IMG/VR virus record: IMGVR_UViG_3300019889_000237
Coordinates: 1-52,799 of that record
Strand: one strand, 5' to 3'
DNA: 52,799 nucleotides
Source of the DNA: a virus
Taxonomy: Duplodnaviria > Caudoviricetes
The notes under the pieces were generated by a model. The model saw only the letters and a program-made list of their open reading frames with translations, ran no database searches and had not been told where the DNA came from. How positions within the stretch are numbered: position 1 is the first letter of the stretch; every line of letters starts with the position of its first letter. A program made the translations under genes and the position numbers. Shown piece after piece: positions 27,492-36,099 of the stretch.

Positions 27492-27517
27492 CGTTCGTGT
27501 CCGGTGTCCCGTACACT
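27488..27517 (+). promoter_or_regulatory. Promoter with TGTCCGGTGT box
   Basis: TTGACG-18-TACACT. Confidence 0.72.
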
Positions 27518-27544
27518 AGACATAGTCGATGAGAGGACGCCAGG

Positions 27545-27700
27545 ATGAAGGACTCGACCGGCAAGCACATCACCAGCTGCGCCCGCAAGGCGTGCACCGA
27601 CGTGGCCGACGCCCAGCGCGGAGTCCAGACCCGCCACGGCGAGAAGCTCTGCCCCACCCACGGCGAGGTGGCCCTGACCCGGCCGCCGAACCGCCGCTGA
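27545..27700 (+). CDS. Small Cys/His protein
   Basis: GAGAGGAC motif; CARKAC...LCPTH. Confidence 0.6.
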   Translation: MKDSTGKHITSCARKACTDVADAQRGVQTRHGEKLCPTHGEVALTRPPNRR

Positions 27701-27767
27701 CCCACCCGCCCGGGGCCCGGCCCCTCCCCCAGGGGACCGGGCCCCCTTCCACGAGAGGACACCGAAC

Positions 27768-27938
27768 ATGGCCAAGATCCTGAACCCCCTGCGCCGCCGC
27801 CCGCAGCCGACCACCCGGGTCTGCGGCCAGCTTCCTCCGGCCTCCCGGCCCCGCCCGGGCGACCACCCGTGCGCCCTACCCGCCGGCGGCCACACCATGC
27901 ACCGCTGCGCGTTCGGCGACTGCGCGTGGGGGTCGTGA
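27768..27938 (+). CDS. Small Cys/His protein
   Basis: GAGAGGACAC motif; CALPAGGH..H. Confidence 0.55.
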   Translation: MAKILNPLRRRPQPTTRVCGQLPPASRPRPGDHPCALPAGGHTMHRCAFGDCAWGS

Positions 27939-28141
27939 TGGCCTGGGGACAGCCCAAGCGCAACGGACGCAGCGCCTGCGGTCACCGCGGGAAGTGCTCG
28001 TGCCAGCGTCGCAACAACGCCGAGGCCGTGCGCAACCCCGAGGCCCAGCCGCGCCCCTGTCCGCAGATGTGCGGCAAGAACAAGGGCATGGCCTGCGGCG
28101 CCACTGTGCGCGGGGGCGTTTGTCCCTGCGGATTCTGTTGA
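27938..28141 (+). CDS. Small Cys-rich protein
   Basis: TGATG coupling; 9 Cys in 67 aa. Confidence 0.6.
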   Translation: MAWGQPKRNGRSACGHRGKCSCQRRNNAEAVRNPEAQPRPCPQMCGKNKGMACGATVRGGVCPCGFC

Positions 28142-28153
28142 GAGGACGAGGAC

Positions 28154-28705
28154 ATGAACAAGTACGACGAGACGGCAACGTGGCTGCGCGAGCGAGCGAA
28201 GACGCAGGACCGGCGTGGTGAGCATGACGCGGCCAGGGACAACCGAGAGCTGGCTGACCTGCTAGAGCAGCGCGTACACGAGGGCGGAGGGCAGGACGAG
28301 GCGGCGGCCGGGTCCGAGCACTACCGCGAGGGCTGGCGCAACGGCTACGAACAGGCGCGCACCGCGCGCTTCACCGAGCTGGCCGAGGCGCAGCGCCAGG
28401 CCGAGATGTGGCACGCGCGCTACGTGGAGAACGCGGACGTGTACGAGCTCCGCGCCCGGGACGAGGCGGCCAAGGTCGTCGTGCAGTGGTACCGCACGTC
28501 GGACGGAGTACGGGATCGCATCGTCAGCGACTACGGAGACGCGGTCCTCGACGCGCTGGCCCGCACGCACGAAGACGGAGGGCAGGACGAGGCGGCCGCG
28601 GGGCCGATGAGTGGGCTCGTCCCGCCCCTAGAAACGTCCACGTCCTGGTACACGGCCCCCCGTGCCCGCGCGCACGCGGACGAGGACGGAGGGCAGGACC
28701 GATGA
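28154..28705 (+). CDS. Modular hypothetical protein with GGQD repeats
   Basis: Start motif; three CGGAGGGCAGGAC repeats. Confidence 0.65.
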   Translation: MNKYDETATWLRERAKTQDRRGEHDAARDNRELADLLEQRVHEGGGQDEAAAGSEHYREGWRNGYEQARTARFTELAEAQRQAEMWHARYVENADVYELRARDEAAKVVVQWYRTSDGVRDRIVSDYGDAVLDALARTHEDGGQDEAAAGPMSGLVPPLETSTSWYTAPRARAHADEDGGQDR

Positions 28706-28944
28706 GCGATGATCCGATCGACACGTACGGCCTCGATCCAGCGGACGGCGACCGATCCTACGAGTGGTCCCTGAATCAGCCCGCCCCGATCGACTGGCCG
28801 GCCCGGTTCCGCAAGGCCGCGGACGTGGCCGAACGCGAGGGCGCCTACGGGATAGCCGATCACCTGCGCCGAGGTGCGGACGAGCTACCCCCGGCCGTGG
28901 TCGAGGCCATCGGACGCGAGCTGTCCGGGAAGGACGGGGAGTGA
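28702..28944 (+). CDS. Hypothetical protein
   Basis: ATGA coupling. Confidence 0.6.
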   Translation: MSDDPIDTYGLDPADGDRSYEWSLNQPAPIDWPARFRKAADVAEREGAYGIADHLRRGADELPPAVVEAIGRELSGKDGE

Positions 28945-29174
28945 TGTACGGCGCCGACTTCGACATGACGGGGGACCGTCGGGAGATCGCACGACTCCAG
29001 GCCGAGGTGCGGAAGCTTCGGGCCGGCCTGAAGAAGCTACAGCACATGCACCGCCGTTCGGACGACGACTCTGCCGGACCGCCGTACTGCCCCGAGTGCC
29101 AAGCCTACGACGGGACCGGGCAGCCGTGCGAGACGCTGCGCGTCGTCGACGAGCTGCTCGGGAAGGGGGAGTGA
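28944..29174 (+). CDS. Hypothetical protein with Zn-finger-like motif
   Basis: H...CPEC...PCETL. Confidence 0.65.
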   Translation: MYGADFDMTGDRREIARLQAEVRKLRAGLKKLQHMHRRSDDDSAGPPYCPECQAYDGTGQPCETLRVVDELLGKGE

Positions 29175-29488
29175 TGGACGCGCACGAGGCACTTCTGATC
29201 ACGAAGCATGCGGACTACGCCGTGATGTCGGTGGGTGAGATCGAGGCGGCAAAGGTGCTCGCAGCCGAGGTAGAGAGGCTGCAGGAGGAGAACGCCGAGC
29301 TACGGGACGGGCTCATCGTCGTGGAGTGCGACGGCCCCGAGCACGCCGAGCTCGCCCAGGCGCGCGCCCGGCTCGCGGTACTGGAGCCGATCGCGCAGCG
29401 GGCCCGCGAGGTGCACGATGGCTGCGCCAACGTCGTCGAGATGAACGCCTCCGACGCTGCTGGCTACATCCTCGGGGAGACGACGTGA
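29174..29488 (+). CDS. Coiled-coil hypothetical protein
   Basis: TGATG coupling; similar to 11554..11754. Confidence 0.65.
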   Translation: MDAHEALLITKHADYAVMSVGEIEAAKVLAAEVERLQEENAELRDGLIVVECDGPEHAELAQARARLAVLEPIAQRAREVHDGCANVVEMNASDAAGYILGETT

Positions 29489-29604
29489 GCACGCCCGAGC
29501 TGATCGTGCTGGGCGTGGCCGCCTGGTTCGCGTTGGCCGCGCTGACCGGACTGGTGCTCGGCCGGCTCACCCACGGGGCGAAGCGTCGGCGGTGGCAGCG
29601 ATGA
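29485..29604 (+). CDS. Small membrane peptide
   Basis: Single hydrophobic helix followed by basic tail. Confidence 0.55.
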   Translation: MSTPELIVLGVAAWFALAALTGLVLGRLTHGAKRRRWQR

Positions 29605-29900
29605 GCGCCCCGCGGCCACGGCCGGGCGCGTCGCTGACCGTGCGCCAGGTCGAGATCCTGTCGATGGTCGCCCGCGGGATGACCAACGAGCGGATCGCGC
29701 AGCGGCTGGGCCTGAACCTGGACTCGGTGAAGCGCGCGGTGCGCGACCTACGGATCAAGCTCGGCGCCCAGGACCGGGCCTCGGCCGTCGACCAGGGCTG
29801 GCGGCAGGGCTATCTGGGCATGTGGCGGGTGGGCGTCGACTACACGACGCGTCGGAACGGTCACCTGGTGTCTGGTGTAAGGGATAGTGTACAGTCATGA
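29601..29900 (+). CDS. LuxR/GerE-type HTH regulator
   Basis: LTVRQVEILSMVARGMTNERIAQRLGL...KLGAQDRASAV. Confidence 0.85.
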   Translation: MSAPRPRPGASLTVRQVEILSMVARGMTNERIAQRLGLNLDSVKRAVRDLRIKLGAQDRASAVDQGWRQGYLGMWRVGVDYTTRRNGHLVSGVRDSVQS

Positions 29901-30148
29901 CCATGACCGAGATCGACGACAAGCTGGCCCGCCTGGCGGCGCTCCAGGCCCGGCTCGGCGAGCTCGACGCCGAGACGGAGCAGACGCTCAAGGACCGCAA
30001 CGAGCTGGCCTACGAGCTGCGCAACACCGACGACGTGTCGGTGTCGGTGCTGGCGCAGACGCTGGTCATGCGCCGGGGCACCGTGCACGACCTGGTGCGC
30101 GGCCCGGCCACCCGCAAGTGGTCCCGCGGGCGGCGGGCCGACGCATGA
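29897..30148 (+). CDS. Small coiled-coil plus HTH-like protein
   Basis: VSVSVLAQTLVMRRGTVHDLV. Confidence 0.6.
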   Translation: MTMTEIDDKLARLAALQARLGELDAETEQTLKDRNELAYELRNTDDVSVSVLAQTLVMRRGTVHDLVRGPATRKWSRGRRADA

Positions 30149-30483
30149 TCCGCCGCCAGCTCGCCCGGGCGCTGCCCTACCTGGTGGCGTTCGCGGTCCC
30201 GGCCGCGTCGATGACCGGCTGGTTCGCCATCGGCGGCGCGGCCGTGTTCCCGGCCTCGGTCGGCGGCCTGCTGGCCGGGCTGGTCGGCCTGCTCGGCGCG
30301 GCCTGCGCCGGCGCGGTCCAGGCCCGACAGGACCGGCGCACCATCGAGCACGAGATCGAAGAGCTGGTGACGGTGGTCAAGGAGCCGCTGCCGGTGCACG
30401 ACCACGAAGGCCTGCGTCGACTACAGGAGGACGTCCTGCGCGACGAGCTGGCCCGAGCCCGGGCCCGGCACAACGACAAGTAG
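30145..30483 (+). CDS. Membrane protein
   Basis: Two hydrophobic segments; ATGA coupling. Confidence 0.6.
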   Translation: MIRRQLARALPYLVAFAVPAASMTGWFAIGGAAVFPASVGGLLAGLVGLLGAACAGAVQARQDRRTIEHEIEELVTVVKEPLPVHDHEGLRRLQEDVLRDELARARARHNDK

Positions 30484-30504
30484 CACCACGAGAGGACACC
30501 GATC

Positions 30505-30735
30505 ATGGCCATCCGGCCGCAAGACCTGACCGTCGCCAAGAGCGACGTCGCCGCCGAGACCCTCGCCGCTGCCATCTGGGATGCGGCCAACCAGCACGAC
30601 GGAAGCTCGGCCATCGCCGCGTCCGTGCAGCGCTCACTGCGCCGCCACGCCCGCGAGCTGCTCGAGCTGCACGACATCAAGGCCGGCGAGGTGCTCACGA
30701 CCGGCACCGGCGAGCCGCGTCCGGACCAGGGCTGA
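30505..30735 (+). CDS. Hypothetical protein
   Basis: GAGAGGACAC start motif. Confidence 0.65.
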   Translation: MAIRPQDLTVAKSDVAAETLAAAIWDAANQHDGSSAIAASVQRSLRRHARELLELHDIKAGEVLTTGTGEPRPDQG

Positions 30736-30738
30736 CCC

Positions 30739-31053
30739 ATGGCCGACGACGACCGGCGCACGTTCGAGTTCAGCGAAACCGACCTGGTCCGCTGGGCGTG
30801 TTTCGTCGGGTTCTTCGCCAGCACGCTCTCGCTGATGGTCGCGTTGTCGGCCGGTGGCGGCTGGCTCGCCCCCGGCCTGGGCGTGCTGATCTTCGGGGTC
30901 CCGTCGCTGAAGATGTACACCGCCCGGGTCGAGCAGGAGCGGACGGACAAGGCCCAGGCCACGTGGCGGGCGGCCCGCGAGGGCACCGGTCCCGGCTGGT
31001 CCCTGACCGACGACGACGGCGACCCGTCTCAGCCCCCGAGGATGAACAAGTGA
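30739..31053 (+). CDS. Membrane protein
   Basis: Two TM-like segments. Confidence 0.6.
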   Translation: MADDDRRTFEFSETDLVRWACFVGFFASTLSLMVALSAGGGWLAPGLGVLIFGVPSLKMYTARVEQERTDKAQATWRAAREGTGPGWSLTDDDGDPSQPPRMNK

Positions 31054-31289
31054 TGAGCGAGGACTACGGCCCCGTCCGCGGGGCGATGAGCGGCCAGGAG
31101 CTGCGGACCCGGGTCGCGATCGGCGACCTGGGCGAGCGGGACCTGGACGAGATCCTGTCCACGGTCAGCCGGGTGCTGGCCGTCTGGCGGCGCCCCGGCG
31201 TGGCCGGGGCCGAGCACCGCGTCCTGGTCCGCCGGACCTGGCCCGAGCTCGGCCACAAGCTGGACGCGCTGAGCGGACCGCGGACGTGA
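31053..31289 (+). CDS. Hypothetical protein
   Basis: TGATG coupling. Confidence 0.6.
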   Translation: MSEDYGPVRGAMSGQELRTRVAIGDLGERDLDEILSTVSRVLAVWRRPGVAGAEHRVLVRRTWPELGHKLDALSGPRT

Positions 31290-31462
31290 GCCGGGGCAAG
31301 TGGCGCCCGACCTGGGCGTCGCTCAACGAGAAGACCCGCCGCGGGTACGTCCCGCTCGGCACCACGAAGAGCGGGGTCCGCGAGTTCGTCGAGCACGACT
31401 GCCGACCGCCGAGCGGGTCCGGCACGTGGACGTGTGGGTGTGGGCGGGAGTGGCGGACGTGA
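31286..31462 (+). CDS. Small Cys-containing protein
   Basis: GTGA coupling at both ends; HDC...WTCGCGREW. Confidence 0.5.
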   Translation: MSRGKWRPTWASLNEKTRRGYVPLGTTKSGVREFVEHDCRPPSGSGTWTCGCGREWRT

Positions 31463-31596
31463 GCGAGCTGCGTCCGCTGCGCACCGGATGGCGGGCGCTG
31501 GTCTACCGCGGCCGGCACCGCCAGCGCGGCGGAGTGGGTCGGATCGCGGGCGGGGTCCTGCTGTTCACCATCGACTACCTGCAGTGATCACTGTCC

Positions 31597-32205
31597 GTGA
31601 GCGACGAACACAGCGTGTCAAGCAACCGTCAGAGAGGGCCGATTCCGGTGACTGTCAGCGAGGATGGCCGCGTCAGCCGGCCGCGCTACAGCCCAGAGAA
31701 GCGGGCCAAGCTCGGTGACGAGGCCTGGAACCTGAAGGACCAGGGCCGGTCCCTGCGCACGATCTCGAAGATGTTCACCGACCGGGGCGACCAGATCAGC
31801 CACGCGACCGTGGCCGAAATCATCAGCGAGGCGCAGGACCGGGCCAGGTTCCTGGACTTCGTCGGCCCGGCTCAGTCCCGGGCCGCGTCCATCGGCCGGC
31901 TCGACCAGGCCCTGGAGCGCCAGCTCGCGACCGTCACCGAGCTGGCCGCCGGCGCGCAGACCGGCGAGCTGGACTTCGAGAAGGGGCACACCGCGCTGGA
32001 CAAGGCGATGGCCCGCTACGTCCAGCTGGAGACGCTCTGGGTGAAGGTGACCGGTGCGGCGATGGCGACCCGGACCCAGATCGAGGGCCCGAACGGGGAG
32101 CCGATCGGACCGGACGTGGCGTTCCTGGCCGCGCTCACCCAGTCGGTCGACGCGCACGCACGCAAGACCAAGAGCATGGAGGAGAACGATGGACTCGACG
32201 GATAG
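31597..32205 (+). CDS. Terminase small subunit-like protein 2
   Basis: HTH (GRSLRTIS...ISHATV), RLDQAL, KVTG...TRTQIEGPNGEPI; same layout as terS at 10563. Confidence 0.62.
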   Translation: MSDEHSVSSNRQRGPIPVTVSEDGRVSRPRYSPEKRAKLGDEAWNLKDQGRSLRTISKMFTDRGDQISHATVAEIISEAQDRARFLDFVGPAQSRAASIGRLDQALERQLATVTELAAGAQTGELDFEKGHTALDKAMARYVQLETLWVKVTGAAMATRTQIEGPNGEPIGPDVAFLAALTQSVDAHARKTKSMEENDGLDG

Positions 32206-32911
32206 CCCGAGAAACTGGGAAGCGCTGGGCACAGAAGTACGACGCCGTCGCGGCCTACTGCACTTGCGACAGTCCGACATGGAGGCGCGCGGCGGACCGA
32301 GCGCAGGGACCATGCGCAACATCGAGCAGGCGTCGCGGACGAGCTACGCCCCGCGGACCTTCGTGCAGCTGGAGACCGCGCTCCAGTTCGGTGACGGCGT
32401 CGTGGAGAAGATCCTCGACGGCACGGCGACGCGGAGCGAGATCGACGAGGTCGTGCCGCGCGGCACCGTGACTGGGGAGAACTGGCAGGCGCTAGCTGCG
32501 GCCGTGAAAGCGCGTAGAGAACTGCTACGACTGCCGCAACAGCTCATCGGCCACGACGGTCCGGGCGAGATGACGATGCGGAAGATCGAGCGAGCGGAGA
32601 CGACCGCGATACGCGACAAGACAAAGACCCAGCTCGAACGCGCCCTTCGGATGCGCACCGGCTTGGTAGACAGGATCCTCGACGGCACGGCGACGCGGAG
32701 CGAGATCGACGAGGTCGTGCCGCGCGGCACGGCCGATGAGAACTGGCAGGACGCGGAGAGGCTCGTGACAATGGCAGGACTGCTGGCCCATGTGGACAAG
32801 GCCGAGTCGTTCATCGTCGATGCCATCGACCGCGGCGAGGTAGACCCGCTCGCGGGCTCCCGCATGATCCTCCGGTTCGCCTCGTTCCGCGCGCGCCTGC
32901 TCGGATACTGA
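32189..32911 (+). CDS. Tandem XRE-type immunity-repressor-like protein
   Basis: Two W..L...V..RR..L...Q...GP...TMR.IE...T..QLE.AL units 88 aa apart. Confidence 0.72.
   Translation: MDSTDSPRNWEALGTEVRRRRGLLHLRQSDMEARGGPSAGTMRNIEQASRTSYAPRTFVQLETALQFGDGVVEKILDGTATRSEIDEVVPRGTVTGENWQALAAAVKARRELLRLPQQLIGHDGPGEMTMRKIERAETTAIRDKTKTQLERALRMRTGLVDRILDGTATRSEIDEVVPRGTADENWQDAERLVTMAGLLAHVDKAESFIVDAIDRGEVDPLAGSRMILRFASFRARLLGY
32410..32730. repeat. Exact 57-bp direct repeat (32410-32466, 32674-32730)
   Basis: Encodes ILDGTATRSEIDEVVPRG twice. Confidence 0.9.
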
Positions 32912-32914
32912 CCG

Positions 32915-33268
32915 ATGCCTCGCCGACTGCTCGATGACCTGCGCTCGGGCCAGCTGCTCACCTGGAACGTGACCCGCGGGAAGTGCCGATACGGGCCGAA
33001 CGAGCAGTCCGTGCGCCAGGTCGGCGACCAGTGGCGGGGCGAGAGCTCGAACTCGTTCGACTGCGACTACGCACCGCAGGACATGTGCTTGGTCTGCGCC
33101 GGGCGCGGGTGGACCGCACTGTCGGTGGCCGAGACCGAGACCGCCCAGTACGACGAGGACGTCGCCGGTGGCCGCCGCCGGTGCCAGCCGTGCCGGGGCT
33201 CGGGCTACGTCCCGGGTGCGCACTGGCCGTGGCGGCACCCGCACCCAGGCCCGGTACGGAGGGGATGA
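32915..33268 (+). CDS. DnaJ-type zinc-finger protein
   Basis: CLVCAGRG and CQPCRGSG. Confidence 0.6.
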   Translation: MPRRLLDDLRSGQLLTWNVTRGKCRYGPNEQSVRQVGDQWRGESSNSFDCDYAPQDMCLVCAGRGWTALSVAETETAQYDEDVAGGRRRCQPCRGSGYVPGAHWPWRHPHPGPVRRG

Positions 33269-33480
33269 CGATGACGTTCACCTGGTGGCTGATCCCGATC
33301 GTCGTGCTCGGGCTCGCCCTGATCGTGGCCCCGTTCATCGGCGCGGCCTGGGCGCGGGACTGGCGGCCGACGCACTGCGGACGCTGCGGCCGGGAGCTGA
33401 TCGGGTCGCCGCCGATGCACACGCTCACCGACCGGATGCACTGCCGGTGGCTGGCCGACTCGCAGGGAGACCGGCTGTGA
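33265..33480 (+). CDS. Small membrane protein with Cys/His motif
   Basis: TM helix then CGRCG. Confidence 0.55.
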   Translation: MTMTFTWWLIPIVVLGLALIVAPFIGAAWARDWRPTHCGRCGRELIGSPPMHTLTDRMHCRWLADSQGDRL

Positions 33481-35036
33481 CGCTCTCCCTGGTCCCGCCG
33501 CCGCCGTGCCCGGACATCCGGCCGCCGACCGGGGCGTGGTTCCCCTGGTTCGCGAACGAGACCGCGCCGCTGGCTCACTCGGGCATGCGGACCTCGTCGG
33601 AGTTCCGCCGCCGGTGGACCAAGGGGAGTCCTCTGCTGTTCGCGCTGGTGTACTTCCCACATCACCTCAAGCTCCAGGGCTTGAACCCGCCCATCGTCAC
33701 GTTCAACCAGCTGCACCTCGGGCTGTGCCGGGCGTCGAAGCGCTGGGTCCAGCCCAAGCGCTGGCGTGAGGCCTGGATCGCGCCGCGGGGGATCGGGAAG
33801 ACCTCGTGGGCGTTCCTGATCCTGCCGCTCTGGGCCCTCGCGCACGGGCACCGGAACTACTTCATGGCCTTCAGCGACACCACGGACATGGCCAACAACC
33901 AGCTGGCGAACCTGCGGATGGAGCTGGACCCGAACAGCGGCAACGCCTTGCTGCTCCAGGACTACCCGTCGCTGCGTCAGCGTCGGGTGCGCGGCGGGTC
34001 GAACACGAAGTCGATCGTCGTGGCGAACGGCGGCACGATCCGGGCCAACGGCCTGTCGGAGAACACGCTCGGCGCGAAGTCCGGGGCCGACCGGCCGGAC
34101 CTGTTGGTGTTCGACGACATCGAGCCGTTGGAGTCGACGATGTCGGACAACGAGCGGCGCAAGCGGATCGAGGCCATCACCACGAAGGCGCTGCCGATGG
34201 GCGCCGACCACGCGGCGTCCATCATCCTGGGTACGACGACGTCCTACGACTCGGTCATCGACCAGATCGCCCAGCACGCCCGTGGCCGCAAGCACCACGC
34301 CTGGGTGGCGAACTCGGGCATCACGCCGCGCGTCTTCCCGGCGGTGCAGGTGGACCCGCTCACCGGCGAGGAGCGCTCGATCTGGCCGGAGCGCTGGCCA
34401 CTGACCGAGACGCACCTCGGCCAGGAGCTGCGCCGCACGCCCGAGGGCGACGTACCGCCGGAGTTCGAGAAGAACTACCTGCTCGACCCGTCCCCGTACG
34501 GCACCGAGGCCGGGTCGTTCTGGCGGCCCGAGATGTTCAAGCGCCGCACGTCCCGCTCGTTCGGGGGCGTGTTCGAGCACGCGATGTACATCGACGTGGC
34601 GACGACCTCGCACGCGAAGTCCGACCGGACCGCGATCGTCATCGTCGGCCGGGACCCGGCCCGGCGGCACGCGGTCGTGGAGTACGCGCAGGCGTACCGG
34701 ATCCCCGCGGAGGAGCTGCGCCAGCGGATCCACCAGCTGTGCGCGCGCCAGCCCACGTTGCGCACGGTCGTCGTGGAGACCAACCAGGGCGGCGACTTGT
34801 GGCGGCAGATGCTCTCGCCGCTGCCGGCCGGGGTGCGGTTGATGACCGAGCACGTGTCCAACTCGAAGCAGGACCGGTTTGAGCAGGCGTTGCAGTGGTA
34901 CATGACCGGCCGCGTCTTCCACGCCATCGAGCACGTCGAGCTGGAACGCGAGATGGTGATGTTCCCGAGCAAGGCCGTGAACGACGATCTTCCCGATGCC
35001 GCCTGCGGAGCGTTACGTTGGGCGTTCGATAAGTAA
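33477..35036 (+). CDS. terL: Terminase large subunit 2 (orphan, no portal)
   Basis: YFPHH, Walker A APRGIGKT, RPDLLVFDDIE Walker B, LGT, WPERW, nuclease YIDVA..DRTA, VETNQGG, NDDLPDA. Confidence 0.88.
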   Translation: MTLSLVPPPPCPDIRPPTGAWFPWFANETAPLAHSGMRTSSEFRRRWTKGSPLLFALVYFPHHLKLQGLNPPIVTFNQLHLGLCRASKRWVQPKRWREAWIAPRGIGKTSWAFLILPLWALAHGHRNYFMAFSDTTDMANNQLANLRMELDPNSGNALLLQDYPSLRQRRVRGGSNTKSIVVANGGTIRANGLSENTLGAKSGADRPDLLVFDDIEPLESTMSDNERRKRIEAITTKALPMGADHAASIILGTTTSYDSVIDQIAQHARGRKHHAWVANSGITPRVFPAVQVDPLTGEERSIWPERWPLTETHLGQELRRTPEGDVPPEFEKNYLLDPSPYGTEAGSFWRPEMFKRRTSRSFGGVFEHAMYIDVATTSHAKSDRTAIVIVGRDPARRHAVVEYAQAYRIPAEELRQRIHQLCARQPTLRTVVVETNQGGDLWRQMLSPLPAGVRLMTEHVSNSKQDRFEQALQWYMTGRVFHAIEHVELEREMVMFPSKAVNDDLPDAACGALRWAFDK

Positions 35037-35084
35037 CACCGCTCGGGGGGCCGCGCGAACTGTGATCGCCTACCCCGAGAGGAC

Positions 35085-35279
35085 ATGAACATGAACCACG
35101 CACTGATGCTCGAGGTCGTCCGCACGCTGCGGAACTTCACCCCGATCGCGAACATCGACAAGATGCTCGACGACCACGCCGTCGACGCGTCCGGGCACTG
35201 TCCGCTGTGTCGATCGCGCGGGTGCACGCTCTACGCCGCCGCCCGGCAGGCCCGGCACGTCCTTCGGGCCGCCCGGTAA
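35085..35279 (+). CDS. Small protein with H-CxxC-C motif
   Basis: GAGAGGAC start motif. Confidence 0.6.
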   Translation: MNMNHALMLEVVRTLRNFTPIANIDKMLDDHAVDASGHCPLCRSRGCTLYAAARQARHVLRAAR

Positions 35280-35306
35280 CACTTCTTGTCCGCTGTCCGA
35301 TACACT
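35277..35306 (+). promoter_or_regulatory. Variant promoter (TGTCCGCTGT box, TACACT -10)
   Basis: Same architecture as 26694 and 27488 but weak -35. Confidence 0.5.
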
Positions 35307-35335
35307 GGACAAGCACCGCAACGAGAGGGCACCCA

Positions 35336-35608
35336 GTGAGCAACTACTTCGGACCGCCACCGCGCCGGCCGAGCGAGCCGCACCTCGTCTACACCCTGCA
35401 CGCCGTGCACTTCCTGCTGTCGTTCTTCACCTTCGGCCTGTGGGCGATCGTGTGGCTGGCCATGACGCTGATCAACGAGGCCAAGAACCGGCAGCTGCGC
35501 GACGACTACGCGAACGCGCTGGCCCGCTGGGAGTACGACCTGTGGTACTGGGAGCAGGCCCGCCACGAGTACTTCCGCTGGCACGAGGCCCGCCAGCTGG
35601 CCCGCTAA
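35336..35608 (+). CDS. Small membrane protein
   Basis: HFLLSFFTFGLWAIVW hairpin-type TM motif. Confidence 0.7.
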   Translation: MSNYFGPPPRRPSEPHLVYTLHAVHFLLSFFTFGLWAIVWLAMTLINEAKNRQLRDDYANALARWEYDLWYWEQARHEYFRWHEARQLAR

Positions 35609-35642
35609 GATCCACCGACCTGAAGTACACGAGAGGACACCG

Positions 35643-36098
35643 ATGAACCAGCACGCCCCGTGGCCCTACGTCGAGGCCACGCCCAAGCCGAAGACCCGCA
35701 AGGGCCTGACCGTCGCCATCGCCGCCGGCACGTTCCTGCTCGGCCTGATGTTCGGCAGCCTGCCGACCGCCGACGAGCCCGCCCGCGCGGCGACAACCTC
35801 GGCCCCGCACGTGCCCTACGTCCCGGACGTCCAGCAGGTGCCCGCTCCGGCTCCGGCCGACGGGTCCATCTCGAACGGGATCTACGAGATCGGCGACGAG
35901 GTCGCCCCCGGCAAGTACAAGAGCCCGGGCCCGGACGGCGGCGTCATCAAGCTCTGCTACGTCGACGTGCAGCGCGGGGAGAAGTTCCTGCTCCAGGAGA
36001 TCAGCAACGACGGCCAGGTCCGGATCACCATCCCGGCCAGCATGGTCGGAGCCGAGATCGAGGTGTCCGGCTGCGCGCCGTTCACCAAGGTCGCCTGA
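35643..36098 (+). CDS. Membrane-anchored exported protein
   Basis: TM helix, Pro linker, GIYEIGDEVAPGKYKS...CY domain of the type seen in actinobacterial surface proteins. Confidence 0.72.
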   Translation: MNQHAPWPYVEATPKPKTRKGLTVAIAAGTFLLGLMFGSLPTADEPARAATTSAPHVPYVPDVQQVPAPAPADGSISNGIYEIGDEVAPGKYKSPGPDGGVIKLCYVDVQRGEKFLLQEISNDGQVRITIPASMVGAEIEVSGCAPFTKVA

Positions 36099-36099
36099 C

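Noticed and set aside
31300-31587. 95-aa ORF from the track
   Set aside because: Better explained by two coupled shorter ORFs (31286..31462 and 31459..31587) with GTGA overlaps
32410-32730. DGR template/variable repeat pair
   Set aside because: Repeats are identical with no adenine-specific differences, and no reverse transcriptase is present
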